NCBI GenBank assembly: GCA_035221665.1
Contig: CM069143.1
Coordinates: forward strand, 10,044,001 to 10,108,000
DNA length: 64,000 nt
Direction: 5' to 3'
DNA from: Okamejei kenojei
Taxonomy: Eukaryota
The notes below the pieces were generated by a model that worked only from the letters and a program-made list of their open reading frames with translations, was not told the origin of the DNA and searched no databases. Below are positions 37,249-50,030 of the stretch, piece after piece. A program made the translations under genes and the position numbers. Position 1 is the first letter of the stretch. Each line of letters begins with the position of its first letter.

Positions 37249-38450
37249 TACTAAGTAATTTATACCATGCCTGTGCAGGATTAAATCCTCTTGCACATTC
37301 CATCTACCACAACAGCTAAACTCGCTGTCCGTGGCTCCCCATCCCAAAGCACTGACATCTGTTTGTAAAACCAGTGAACGTTGTTGAACCAAAATGTTTT
37401 TGGTAGTTTGTGCAATATTGATGATCCACCATTGTAATTTGGCGATGGCTTTGGCTGGCAACTGCATAGGTCTATCAAAATGACCTGCATGTTCTTTAAA
37501 TGCGTGTTCTCTAGCTCGTTGCAGACTTTGATAGTGCAGGGGTCCAAACTCCACTGCAGGGAAAGCTGCCACCAATTTACCAATAACACTGGCTACTTCC
37601 CTGATGGAGGGTTGTTTTTGTTCAGCGAGGCTGGTACAGACCTCCCTGATTTCAACAGCCTTGGCCGTAGGCAAAGTCACTGACATATCAACTGAATCAA
37701 TGACAAACCCCAAATAATCAATTTTTTGGGATGGCTCTAGCTTGTATTTTGTTGGATGGACAAGAAACCCTAACCTCTCAAACAGGTGCTGAAACTGACT
37801 CCTCAGCTGTTTCCTGAGTGTTGCTTATAATTAAAATATCATCTAGATAAGCCATCACAATGTGATTCTGTGCACGAAGTACGCCAGAACTGGTTTTAAC
37901 AATTTCGTGAACAACCCAGGAGCTGAGGTTAACCCATTGGGTAATGCTTTAAATTGCCACAGCTATCCCATCCAACTAAATTTCAAGTATCTTCGGTACT
38001 GATGATGAATTGGTACTGAATAATATGCATCTTTCAGATCTGTGGTTGCCATATAACAATCTTCTGATAACAACTTAGCAGTATTAAAGGAGTCTGTTTT
38101 AAAATGCCTATACTGGACATAGGAATTTAACTGGGTTAGATCCAGAATGACGCGACACCCACCATCTTTTTTCTGTCTGGGGAATATATTGGACACAAAT
38201 TGTTGAGGATGGTATGTCGTCCTCTCAATTACCCCTTTTTGGAACAAACCCCAATTTCTTTATTTACCTGCAGAGTTTCTGGTCCAGAAAAAAACAATAC
38301 CCGAGTAGGCATATTTTGTGCAGGTGGATGAATTCCTGACATAAACTCTATTCGAGACCCTGAGTGTCCAGTATAAACAGATCAGATGTTAAGCAGCATA
38401 ATTCATCATAAAATAACTGTAACCTACCCCCATCCGGAGGTTGTTCCCCA
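37249..38450 (-). pseudogene. DIRS RT and RNase H (frameshifted, truncated)
   Basis: FVSNIFPRQKKDGGCRVILDL, DLKDAYYSVPI, LPNGLTSAP, YLDD at 37838-37849, LQTDVSALGWGA, HGINYL. Confidence 0.92.
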
Positions 38451-38596
38451 GAGGATTTATCCTGGACTGAATGAATCACCCGTACCTCCATAGTCGACCT
38501 TGGAGTTCTTGTTCACCTTGCCATGCTGGGGTTGTAGTTGGCGAATACAGGTGGGTAATAATGCCGTCCAACTGGTACCACTCTGCTTGGCCCCCG

Positions 38597-39739
38597 TCAT
38601 GTCGAAAACGAACAGCAAGGTGGCATCCTGGCGGAAGGGACGCAAGTCTTCATGAGGCCTAACGTTTTGGCCTCTTCTTCCATGTCTTTGACTTGTTTGA
38701 GCAGGTCCTCACCAAATAAATAATTTGGCGCTTGAATATTGGACGACCTGCATACAGCAAATCGTGGGTTTATAGCTATCTTCTGGATGCAATATTCTTC
38801 AAAGTATGCATTGCACAGCAGGGCCAACATATCCTGCTGTGTGCCGGACATCGGTGCCCCTCGGACCATTTTTCCGAAAGCCGTGATGCCTGCCCACACC
38901 AATTTGAGGACTCGCTAGAATCGGATCTCCTGTCCACGCATCATTGCACTCATTTGTGCCCAGATAGCAGGGTTCACAGTGGGCACTTTGAGCGACGCAC
39001 AATTAACAGGTGTTACATATCGGGTGGCTGTTTGTTCCATGATGGAATCCTGTAGCTGGTGAGAGGCCATGTAGTTGATGTTGACCGCCAGGTTTTCCTC
39101 CATGGCTTCACCAGTACCTCCCAGAATGGCAAAATTTCTTGCTACATCCAGGACACCTGGAGCATGGCTCATGTGCCTTGATGTGTGCCCAAAAGCAGTG
39201 ACACCAACTTCAGGGTCAGACTCCTCCTGCCCTGGCTCTCCCAAGTCTTGCTCCAGGGAGGTCTCTACAAGCCCTAAACAAGGTGCTGGCGAGGGTGATT
39301 CCCACTGATATTCATAGGCGGTATAGTCTTCTTCGCCATATGGGCCTCTACGTGATGCTGTCTGGGGAATCCTAGGGGCAATCGACCCTGATTGAAAAAT
39401 TTTGTGGCTCATTAAAGTTTGCAACATTTTGTCCATCTGATCGTGCCGTCCCTATACCTTTTTATTAGAAGGAGGGGAGTCTTCCTCATCAGACCCGTCA
39501 GATAAGACGGGCCTGAGAGATTTCCTTTTGGCCTTCCTCCCTGGTGGAGTGGCCTCAATGCCCTGAAGCGCTGGAATTAATGGAGGCAGTTGAGCTGCCG
39601 GTAGATCAGCAGCCGGTGTCGGAGCCGGCGTTACTGCAGCCGGTATCTCCTGACCCAATCTGCGAGCACTAACCGCGGGCCCGCGCGTTAAGCTCCTACT
39701 ACGGACAGATTTCTTCCCAACTCGCTCCATTGCTAACAA
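38597..39739 (-). pseudogene. DIRS gag-like ORF1 (broken by stops)
   Basis: ORFs 39452-39739, 38915-39436 (P.NC..LKVPTVNPAIW) and 38597-38902 (YLFGEDL) sit in the gag position. Confidence 0.75.
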
Positions 39740-39945
39740 CTCCTGCTGGCTCCCGAGCCAGACTCACGGAGTTTAAATACCCGCAGGAAAAGTTTTAAAT
39801 TCACTTACCTGCCGGTTTACTACTTACCGCTGGTGGAGCTGCACTCTCCAGCCCGTCGGTGCGCCATGCGTCGGATGTAATGACGTGCATGCGCCTGGCG
39901 GAGCTTCTTCACGTAGTCACTCACGTGACTCTGAAGTAAAATAGT

Positions 39946-40247
39946 TTAGCACAACAGGGAAAGAGGCCATTCAGTCCATCAAGTCCAGAGCGACCATCCA
40001 TTCACACTTGTTCTAGGTTATCCCACTTCCCCACTCCCTACACACTAGGGGCAATTTACAGAGGCCAATTAAGCTACAAACTCGCATGTCTTTGGGATGT
40101 GGGAGGAAACCAGAACACCCAGAGGAAACCCACGCGGTCCTCGGGTGAATGTACAAGCTCCACACTGACAGCACCCAAGGTCAGGATTGAACCTTGGTGC
40201 CCAGCGCTGTGAGGCTGTAACTCACCAGCTGTGCTACTGTGCAGCCC
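39946..40247 (-). mobile_element. V-SINE abutting the DIRS end
   Basis: gtctttgggatgtgggaggaaaccagaacacccagaggaaacccacgcggtc V-domain; ggattgaacc B box. Confidence 0.8.
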
Positions 40248-41588
40248 ATGGAAAGGTTTTTTAGAATTTTCTGCAGCAGGAAATAAAATCAGATCAAATT
40301 ATTTTAAGATGCCATGTATCAATGTGTGACAGTAGAAAGTAGAACATTATTTCCAGTGTAAAATGAAAATCTTTCTCAAAATGTTTTCCAAGGACATTTT
40401 GTTGCAAACATGTGTTCATTCTACCCCGTGTCATGTTATTTATGATGATTTTTTCTTAAAGATCAATAAAAGCTGAGGCATAATATATTTTGCAAGGAAT
40501 CTTGTTACATGACAATAAACTCTCTTGGATATATCTTGGATATAATCAACGTTCAATTGTCAGTAACGTAAACATTTTTAGGATTTACCATCCTGTTCAC
40601 ATTCCGATTTTGTAGACAATATTGAATGGAATTTCACCCCTGCAACCCCTCCTGTGCTCCCAACGGGTTGCACTTGAGGTACTCTGTGATTACTGAGTAA
40701 GGTGGTTGGATTTTCAATGTTCTCTCAAAAGGCCCACCCACCCTTTCTGTTCAGTAGCTATGAGGGTTGAGTGATAAATGCTGGCAAGGCCATCAATGCC
40801 CACATCCTGAAAACTGATTAAGTAAAATGAAAATATACCATAGTGTACATGCTACAATTTTACTGTTGCATTGAGTGCAGTATCAAAAGTAAATTCTGTA
40901 GTTTCTGAAGTCAGCATTTTAACAAGAGAAAATGAATGAGTTGAATCCATACTCTTTCCTTGTCAAGTTTTGGCAAAGCATAGTTATGATCGATGAGGTA
41001 ATAAATGAGTGCAATATGTACAAGATTGACTTTCTGTTCACTTAGATTCTGATAAAGTAAACAAGCTGCACAGAGCCCAGATGTCTACCTATTATGTCCC
41101 TTTCACCATCTGCTTAATTTAGTTTTGGTATGCAGTGGGATGAAGCTGATTGAAGAATCAGTAATATTCACTTTTAATGAGCCAATAAAGCAGCCGGACG
41201 CACGCACCATAAGCAAAAGTCCGCATGCAAATAGGAGCATTGGAACAGTTCATGTTTTGTTGCATGTTATTTCAATTATTGCTTCAATTACATTGAGGTT
41301 GTAATACAGTGGGCACCAAAGATTGTTAATAAACTTCAAAATGAATCACATAATGGCTTTTGTTTTATTGGAAAAGAATTGTTATGGAAATGCAATGATC
41401 AATCTGGTCTGTGTAGGTTTTGCCATTGGGGAATCCAGATGTTTAAGATTCTTTGTGTCCTGTGTTTTGACTCACAAGGTTCCTACTTTTGCTTCAACAG
41501 GTTCTCTCCTCAACACTTAACAATCTAGACTTTCGTTTAGCTGGGAATGAATGACTAAACAGGTGATTGCAGCCAGGTTAATTTTCTT

Positions 41589-42266
41589 TTTTTTAAACAA
41601 AAATAAATTAAATCAATTATTGCAATAATATATACAACACAATACCAAAAAAACCCACCACCATAATACAAAAGCACCTATTTATCTAAACAAATATTGT
41701 TATATACTATTCTTATATACATAACTAAATATACTCTTATACAACTATATTACAATCCCTGTCAAAGATGCATTTCACCCCCCACCCCCCAGCCCAGCGA
41801 TCCTGAAAATCCCCCAAGGCGCCCGTGGACAGCGTACAGTCCCTCTCTAAAACCACCCAGGCGCGGACGTAACCACAAAAAAGGGGCAGTCCTCTTCCGC
41901 CTGGCACCGTATATCTTGCGGATGGCCAATTTGGCCCAGCCCAGCAGCAGAACATCTTCAGCCCTACCCTTTCCCCTACGCACAGGGTGTTCAAAGATGA
42001 GGATGGTGGGTGTGAAGTACAGCCAGAAGGCAAGGAGCAGCCACTTTAGGTATTGGAAAAGGGGCTGCAACCTCACACAACTCCATATATATGTGGAACA
42101 CAGACTCTACCAGCCCGCAAAAGTGGCAGGCGGCTGGCGAGTCTGTGAACCGGGAGAGAAACGGGTTGCACGGGACTCCTCGGTGCAGTACCTTCCACCC
42201 CAGATCCCCGATGTCGAGGGGAAGAATCCCTGCATCGAGGGACTGCCACTGGAGGGGGGTTCTCAG
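41589..42266 (-). mobile_element. Tx1/L1-type LINE 3' fragment with 13-bp TSD
   Basis: Poly(T) and U-rich 3' UTR at left; C-terminal peptide ESVFHIYMELCE / RLQPLFQYLK..LL.FWLYFTPTILIF..LAIR; TSD ggttaattttctt at 41576-41588 and 42267-42279. Confidence 0.85.
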
Positions 42267-42745
42267 GGTTAATTTTCTTGCTAGGATCAGTTGAGTGTGG
42301 TAGTAGTGGAGTTGCTTTGGGGATTCAATGTGGTAGTCTAATACTATTTGGGGGCAAAGATATATGTGGGATAAGTGTGGATGAAAAAATAATGGACAGC
42401 TTAGGAGGCTGTTCTGAGCTCATTGAGATTAATATTTTACTATGGCTAGGAACCTCATCTGACCCAGGACAAAACTTATAAAACATTGTTTCAAATCTGA
42501 GGTTTCCCGCCTTGATGAAATATTTAGGTTTACAAGTTTGCTGTTGTACTACGGATTGGAAAGCTAGGATAAAAGATGAACATTGGAATTAATAACATGT
42601 CAAATTTCCAATGTTTTGCTTTAACATCTCACAAAGCCTCCTTCCACTTATTTTTGCAGTAAAATTTCAACCCTATATCTTAAAAAATGAGTAGACAATA
42701 ACAGATAGTCATGAACTATGCACATTTTTAATGTAAAATATAACA

Positions 42746-43036
42746 GGCAGCTCAGTGGTGCAATGGTAGACTTGTTGCATTATAGCACCAGAGAACCGTG
42801 TTCAATCCTGACTGCAGGAGCAGTCTGTAGGGAGTTTATATGTTCTCCGGGTGCCCCGGTTTCCTCCCACATTCCAAAAACGTGCAGGTTTGTAGGTTAA
42901 TTAGTTTCTGTAAATTGCCCCAGGTTTGTAGGATGCGAAAACATGGATAACGTCGAACTAGTGTAGAAGGGATCATAGGTCGGACCGGACCAGTTGGGCT
43001 GAAGGGCCTGTTTCCACTCTCCCTCTCTAAACTAAT
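42746..43036 (+). mobile_element. V-SINE
   Basis: gttcaatcctgac B box, ccggtttcctcccacattccaaa, gaagggcctgtttccactctccctctctaaacta. Confidence 0.8.
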
Positions 43037-44004
43037 TGCAATAAACTTGACAGTAGTTTTTATACGCTTTATGACAACTTCTGTATGACAATCAACACCT
43101 AATTTATTTTACTAAGTAGGAACTTTCCCCGCCCTCTCTCCAGCTTTTTGTGCAGGAGGTGTTGACTCATAAAGGACATGGTTGCATGGCACAAGCAATC
43201 CTATTATACATTACCAAACCTTTTATACTATATATATATAATATATATACACAAACTGCAGCACTGTTTGATCCTCACAGCTGAGGACCTGGATAGTAGG
43301 CAAGAATATCACTTTATATGTCTACTTAAGTACAATTGAATTTTTCCCTAAAAGCTTGAGCAATGTTGACCTGGAACATTGACTGATATTTTAGGGCTGG
43401 GAACGGACACAGAACCAGAAACTATCTTCTGAATAAATGCAGTGAAATGTTGGATTTGTTTAAGTAGAACATTAGCTCTTGTTGGATTTACTGAGTCTAT
43501 TTAGAAGACTTCAAATGGTGGATTGAAAATGCTTAGCTCCCTCAAGCATCTCATCCTGTTAGCTGGTTGGATTATTGACAGTATCATTTATGATTTGTTA
43601 AACTCTAAAGTATAGTCTTAAGTAGCAACAAATTAACTGCAACAGTATTTATGAACTAGAGCTTTTAAAAATAGAGAAGGATTTTATTAAAAATGAATGA
43701 AGTGAGATTTGTTATGTAACACATTAAACTATATGGACAGCTTCATCTAAACTCAGTGAAAATCATCAGAATTTAGTAAAATAGATTAATAGAAGAAAAT
43801 TGAAACATGGAAACTATGGAAAGATGACTTCAAACAAAAATATCAGCATATAGATGTTGGTCACTAGGGGAACAACTTGGGGAAAAGGGTACGTATGGAT
43901 TTTCATCATCAATGCTGGACCAGGTTTAATTATTTTAATTCTAGTCCAAATATATACAACTAAACAAAAAATAACTTTAAAATATTTTTGTAAATATTTG
44001 CATA

Positions 44005-44195
44005 CCACGGTGGCGTAGTGGTGAAGCTACTGCCTTACAGCTCCTAAGACCCCGGTTCGATCCTGACTACAGGGTGCTGTCTGTATGGAGTTTTTATGTT
44101 CTCCCCGTGGGTTTTCTCTGAGATCTTCGGTTTACTCCCGCACTCCAAAGATGTACAGATTTGTAGGTTAATTGGCTTGGTATGAATGTAAAATT
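44005..44195 (+). mobile_element. 3'-truncated V-SINE
   Basis: cacggtggcgtagtggtg A box, ggttcgatcc B box, V-domain; followed by Penelope-like tail cagcatctgcagttcctt. Confidence 0.8.
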
Positions 44196-44664
44196 GCAGC
44201 ATCTGCAGTTCCTTGTCTGCGGAATGTAGTGTTACAGTTCTAGAGAAAGTGCAAGGACTGAAAAGAAGTAGATTGGACGTTCGGGAATACATCCTTAGTA
44301 TGGGACATTATGACTTATTAGGACATAAAGGAAATCAGGGGAACTGTTTTTCAGTTCTGGGAATGATGGGACACTCACAATTGGTTTGTGAAATGCAATT
44401 GAACCACAGAGTCTTAGCAAATAGAAGCAGCATTAGGCTATATGGGCCCATGGGTTTAAGTTTCTATTCAATTTTGTGCCTAACTCTTGACATCAAGCCC
44501 ACGTTTCTGTCTATTCCCTGTATTCTTTTGGTTCCTTTTGGGATGCGTCCATGATAAGGTTGGTGCAGATCCACAATGAATGGTTAGCGCGCATTCAGGG
44601 ATAAATGCGGGGGAGAAAATAAAGAGCCAAAAGCAGTACATCTCCAAGCTTTTACGGGAGGTAT

Positions 44665-44953
44665 AGTTTAGAGATACAATGTGGAAACAGACCCTTCGAC
44701 CTCCCAAATCTGCGCTGACCAGCGATCACGCATACACAAGCACTATCCTACACACTAGGGGCAATTTACAATTCTTACCAAAGCCAATTAACCTACAAAC
44801 TTGTACGCCTTGGAATATGGGAGGAAACTGGAGCACCCGAAGAACACCCAGGTGGTCATTGAGAGACTGTACAAACTCCGTACACACAGCACCCAAGGTC
44901 AGGATCGATCGGTGCTGTAAAGCAGCAACTCTACTGCTGTCCCCTTGTGCCGC
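44665..44953 (-). mobile_element. V-SINE
   Basis: agtttagagatacaatgtggaaacagacccttcg tail; gggaggaaactggagcacccga V-domain. Confidence 0.8.
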
Positions 44954-45084
44954 CAGTGCAGCACAAGAAGACTATGACTTCAACCTGCAAACAACTTGGC
45001 GGATGTGCAGACAAAAGCATAGGAAATCTTTCTGCTTTAATGTGCGTTCATCCTGACCCAGGCGGAAGTCTGGTCTTTGCATCA

Positions 45085-47885
45085 GTATCTTTGCACCAGT
45101 ATCAGTCTGGAGACTGGGCAATGTTCAAGGACTTGGCAACTGACCTGAATGAATATGCCACAGTGGTTACAGACTTCATAAGGAAATGTGTGGAGGACTG
45201 CATTCCAACAAAAACCTTCCGAGTGTTTCCTAACCAGAAGCCTTGGATGAACCATGAGATCCGCATTCTTCTGTAGACCAGATCCTGGGCATTCAGGTCT
45301 GGCGATGCAGAGGTGTATAAGAAATCCAGATATGACCTTGGTAAGGCCATCAAAAAGGCCAAAAGGGACCTGCTCTAAGCTGGAGGATGAGATGGATTTT
45401 CGACAACTGTGGCAGGGCTTGAATGCCATCACCTCCTACAAGGCAAAATCAGGAGGCAGCTCAAACAACAGCAAAGCATCATTCCCTGACAAACTCATTG
45501 CGTTCTACGCATGGTTCGATAGGGAGAACACTGATGTGCCTTCCCGAGCCACCATTCGCAATGACGGTATTACAATCACAGTCACATAGGTCTACATCAG
45601 AAGATCCTTCGGAGGGTGACCCCTCGGAAAGCGCCTGGACCTGATGGTATACCCGGTCGAGTTCTCAAGACCTGTGCAGACCAGCCGGCGGGAGTTTTGG
45701 CAGACATTTTCAACTTCTCATTTCTGAGGCCTGATGTTCCCACCTGTTTTCAGAGGGCATCAATAATACCAGTGCCCAAGAAGAGTAAGATGACGCGCCT
45801 CAATAACTATCGACCAGTGGCACTAACGTCTGTGGTGATGAAGTGCTTTGAGAGGTTGGTTATGGTGCACATCAACTCCTACCTCGACAAGGACCTCCAC
45901 CCACTACAGTTCGCATACCACCACAACAGGTCAACGGAGAATGCAATTTCACTGGCTCTCCGCTCCACATTGGACCACTTGGACAATAAAAACACTTACC
46001 TCAGTCTGCTGTTTATAGACTACTGCTCGGCGTTTAATACCATCATCCCCTCCAAGCTGGTTACGACCGGATCCTCCTCCACACCCTGCACTTCCTCGCC
46101 CTGGTCCACCGTCTGGACACCAAGTGGCAGTCGGTGTTGCCTTCCGGTCGCGAGGGGGAGCAACCGGTGACGGTCCCTCTACATAGGGATTCTTTCCCTC
46201 TACTTTGGGGACCTGGGGTGGAGGGTACTGCACCGAGGTGTTCCCTGCAACCTGTTTCTCTCGTGGTTCACAGACTTCTGCGGGCTGGAAGAGCCTGTGT
46301 ACCACGTGTATATGGAGTGTGTGAGGCTGCAGCCACTGTTTGAATACCTAAAGGGGCTGCTCCTTACCTTCTGGCTGCATTTTTCACCCACCATCCTCAC
46401 CTTTGGACATCCTGTGCGCAGGGGAGAGGGTAGGGCCGAAGATGTCCTGGTTGGGTTGCTCCTGGGCCTGGCCAAGCTGGCCATCCGCGAGTCACGGCGC
46501 CGGGTGGAAGAGGGCTCTGCCTGAGCCGGCTGCTTGCCCCTTTTCCGGGGTTTCATCTGCACCCGGGTGTGGTTACAAAGGGGATACGCCCTGTCCATGG
46601 CCACCCTGGGGGATTTCCGGGACCGTTGGGCACCGCAGGGGGTTGTGTATCCTGGACAAGGATTGTAATTTAGTTGTTTAGTAATTTACTTGGTATATTT
46701 GTTTTGTCTTGTGCTATGGTGGTGGGTTCTGTTTTGTTTTATTGCGTTGTAAATACTATTTTAATGTTTGAATAAATATTTTTGATTAAAAAAAAAGTTT
46801 TTACCAAGCTCGCGGAACTGGGTCTCTGCGCATCCCTGTGCAATTGGATCATCGACATCCTCACCCACAGACCACAGTCTGTTCGAATTTGCGGAAACAC
46901 TTCATCCTCAGTAACAATTAGTACGGGAGCACCTCAAGGCTGCGTGCTCAGCCCCCTGCTGTACTCACTCTATACTCATGACTGTGTAGCCAGACATACT
47001 GCAAACTCCATCATCAAGTTCGCCGATGACACCACTGTTGGATGAATCATAGATGGTGATGAGTCAGAGTATCGAAGTGACATCGACCGACTGATCAAAT
47101 GGTGCCAGCACAACAACCTTGCTCTCAACATCAGTAAGACCAAGCAACTGATTATGGGCTTTGGTAGGGGAAGGATGAGGACCCACAATCGTATTCACAT
47201 CAATGGGACGATGGTGGAGAGGGTCAAAAACTATAAATTCCTGTCATGCATATTTCCGAAGATCTTTCCTGGACCCAACACATCGATGCAATTATAATGA
47301 AGGCACATCAGCGACTTCCTGAGAAGATCACGGAGATTCGGCATGTCGAAGAGGATTCACTAAATTTCTACAGGTGCACGGTAGAGAGCATTCTGACTGG
47401 TTGTATCGTGGCCTGGTTCGGCAACTTGAACGTCCAGGAGCCGAAAAAACTACAAAAAGTTGTGACCATTGCCTGGTCCATCATCGGCTTGGACCTCCCC
47501 ACCGTTGAAGGGAACTATCGTAGTCGCTGCCTCAAAAAGGCAGCCAAAATCACCAAAGACCCACACCATCCTGGTCACACACTCATTTCACCATTGCCAT
47601 CAAGAAGAAGGTGCAGAAGCCTGAAAACTGTAACGTCCATGTTCAGGAGCAGCTTCTTCCCTACAGCCATCAGGCTATTAAACACAGCAACAAATAAGCT
47701 CTGAGCTCTGAACTGCAAAAGACTATATTATTATTGCACTATATTTGTTATTTATTGAACTTTTTTTTTCTCTTCCCCTGTTACGTACTATGTTTACATA
47801 TTCACATAGTCTGTTGTGCTGCAGCAAGTAAGAATTTAATTGTCCCATCCGGGACATATGACAATAAAACACTCTTGACTCTTGA
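45085..47885 (+). mobile_element. Rex1/Babar LINE, 5'-truncated, frameshifted
   Basis: [88 protein letters not shown]; tail gacaataaaacactcttgactcttga. Confidence 0.93.
46065..46796 (+). mobile_element. Tx1/L1-type 3' fragment nested inside the Rex1 RT
   Basis: Interrupts IIPSKLV|TKLAELG; peptide FCGLEEPVYHVYMECVRLQPLFEYLKGLLL; aataaa plus poly(A); short ttac duplication at 46061-46064 and 46801-46804; same family as 41589-42266. Confidence 0.88.
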
Positions 47886-48058
47886 AACTGCTGGAAAAAC
47901 TCAGCAGGTCAGGCAGTATTTGTGGAGTGAAATAGAGACCCAACAAATCCGTTGGGTCAGTCTTGAAGAAGGATCCTGATCGAAAATGTTGTCTACCCAT
48001 TTCCTTCCACAGATGCTGCCTGACCTGCTGAGTTCTTCCTGCAGTTTATTTCTTGCCC
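47886..48058. mobile_element. Fold-back Penelope-like repeat, older subfamily
   Basis: aactcagcaggtcaggcagtatttgtgga / tccacagatgctgcctgacctgctgagtt arms flank an eroded tgaagaaggatcctgatcgaaaatgtt core. Confidence 0.65.
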
Positions 48059-48935
48059 AAATCTTTTTTTAAAATATTTGATTTTCATTATAAATAATTC
48101 TGGACACTCAAAATCTTCAAGTACATTCATTTTGACCAAATTACATTTTCTATTGTGCAGAGATAAGTGTCACTGACTTGGTAGCTGCTGGCATTTGTAT
48201 TGAACCTGCCATGCTATGTGATATCTGAAAAGATTCTTGACTGTGGTATCACCAACAAGGCATGCATTGAATGCACAAGAATACGGTGTGTGTTAGCTTT
48301 ACTGCTCTTTACAGACCTTAGAAGGTGAGCAACCTACAGTGAGTCATGAAACCGGCCTGGTCTCCTGGTGTCAAAAGAGTACCCTCTTAAACAATGTTAA
48401 AAACAATAAAACAATGCAATGTGCTCCAGTTTTGTGAAAGTCATAGTCTGTATTTTCTTGGGTGGTAGTCATGTGAACAGTCATCTCATGAGGTGCATGT
48501 TTGATACTGGAAAAAAAAACAATAGATGTGCTAATGCAAATCATTAGCTGGGTTAGATCATGTTCTTGTTTTTGTGCATAAAAAGTGTATCTAACAGAGT
48601 CACTCCCAGTTGAGTATGTCTTTTAGAGGTGTTGTCACTGCTGCAGTGTAAAAATAAAATACCACCTGTTTCAGCCTGCTTTTCAATCCCAAGGCAATGC
48701 CTAAGATAGAAACAGTAGCTCTGATTGCGTTTCAAACTCTGACATGTATAATTATTTAAACTTGAGTTGAGATTACTTTCGAAGAATGCTCCCCCGATCT
48801 TATCAAATTCTCCCCATCATCTTTTGAAACCAAAGATCCAGAAACGGCTGCACTCCTTGCAATGCTGATTGGCACCACTTATGTGGCTTCTGGCAAAGTG
48901 GGTAAAAGCATTATTCTGGTCTGGTTACCTAGTAT

Positions 48936-49345
48936 TCGTAGGCCCCCTTCGGTCATGGCTGACCATGGGTGTCTCCAGGGTTGGAGGATGCCAGTGCGTG
49001 ACTTTGTTTAACGTGGGGAGACTGGTGCACGGACAGCCACCACACGGTCCTTGACAGATCTGGGTCAGGATCCACTGGCATGGAGTCCAAGACGACCGGA
49101 GACCCTTTTCTGCTGCAGCCTTCATCCGCCTTCCCAGCTGTTGTGATGCTCCACTAAGGTCAGCCATCATCCTCCGCCTATTCCACCGTTGAGGTCTTGG
49201 TTGGATTGCTCTTTGTCAGAGACCTCCCCCTAGACCTTACTGCCAAGGGATGGCCCCACTAGGAGCATAGCTCCAGACGGCATCGCTCTCAGGATCTCAG
49301 GGCCACACAAGCTTCTCCACCACAACGTGACAATCCACGGAGAAG
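48936..49345 (-). mobile_element. Short non-autonomous RTE-derived element
   Basis: Minus 5' end gtcacgttgtggtggagaagcttgtgtggccctgagatcctgagagcgatgcc resembles recalled RTE/Expander 5' UTRs; 3' end cccatggtcagccatgaccgaagggggcctac; imperfect flanking repeat tggtta(ta)cctagtat. Confidence 0.6.
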
Positions 49346-50030
49346 TTATACTTGGTTATACCTAGTATAACCAATAATTTTTTACACTATTTTCGTATTG
49401 TATATTTATTTGCAGTTGTTGCGTTACAGTGCATGTAAAGCTGCAGCAAGCCTTTCACTGTTCTGTTCCATTAGGAATATGACAATTAACTCTTGACATC
49501 CAAGTACATTATTATTTCAAAACCCGTGTCCTCTAGATAATGCCATTATTCAAACAACCATTTTGATTCTAAAATGATACCTTCCAATATATGAATTCTA
49601 GATCAATGTCAAATATTAATATATGTATTCCAAATGCATCTGAAGATCTTCCTCTGCTATCTTAGAGAGGAGTTGATTTGTTGAAACTAAACTTTAGACA
49701 TTTTGTAAACTCACATCTACACTTCCATGTGTGTCCATTATCATCTCTATTGAAACTATTCCTTCTAATTTTTTTGACAACACGTTAACTGTCTGTACCA
49801 GGCAGGTATCTCACAGACTAAGGATAAGCCCACTGTGTTGCAAAATCTAGCCATTTCAGCATTTCAAATCAAGTCAGTAGGATTACATCAGTAGAATGTT
49901 CGGCCAGTCAGCCCAGCCACATAGTACTTTTGATATCTCTTAATTGTTGGCCAAAGAAATGTGCTTGTGTGAATCATGATTCAATGCATTAGGATACAGA
50001 CACAGCAGGGCAACAGGCTCAGTATGCAGA

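Larger units (their letters stand above)
36143..39944 (-). mobile_element. DIRS1-like tyrosine-recombinase retrotransposon, defective
   Basis: ITR cores 36214-36246 and 39880-39912; ICR 36363-36473 is the joined reverse complement of both termini; gag, RT, RNase H and YR remnants in order on the minus strand. Confidence 0.95.

Noticed and set aside
41697-42272. 191-aa plus-strand ORF
   Set aside because: Antisense reading of the Tx1 fragment.
41576-46064. Shared ggtta at both Tx1 insertion sites as a target motif
   Set aside because: The elements are in opposite orientations, so the motif does not align relative to the element; two sites are too few.
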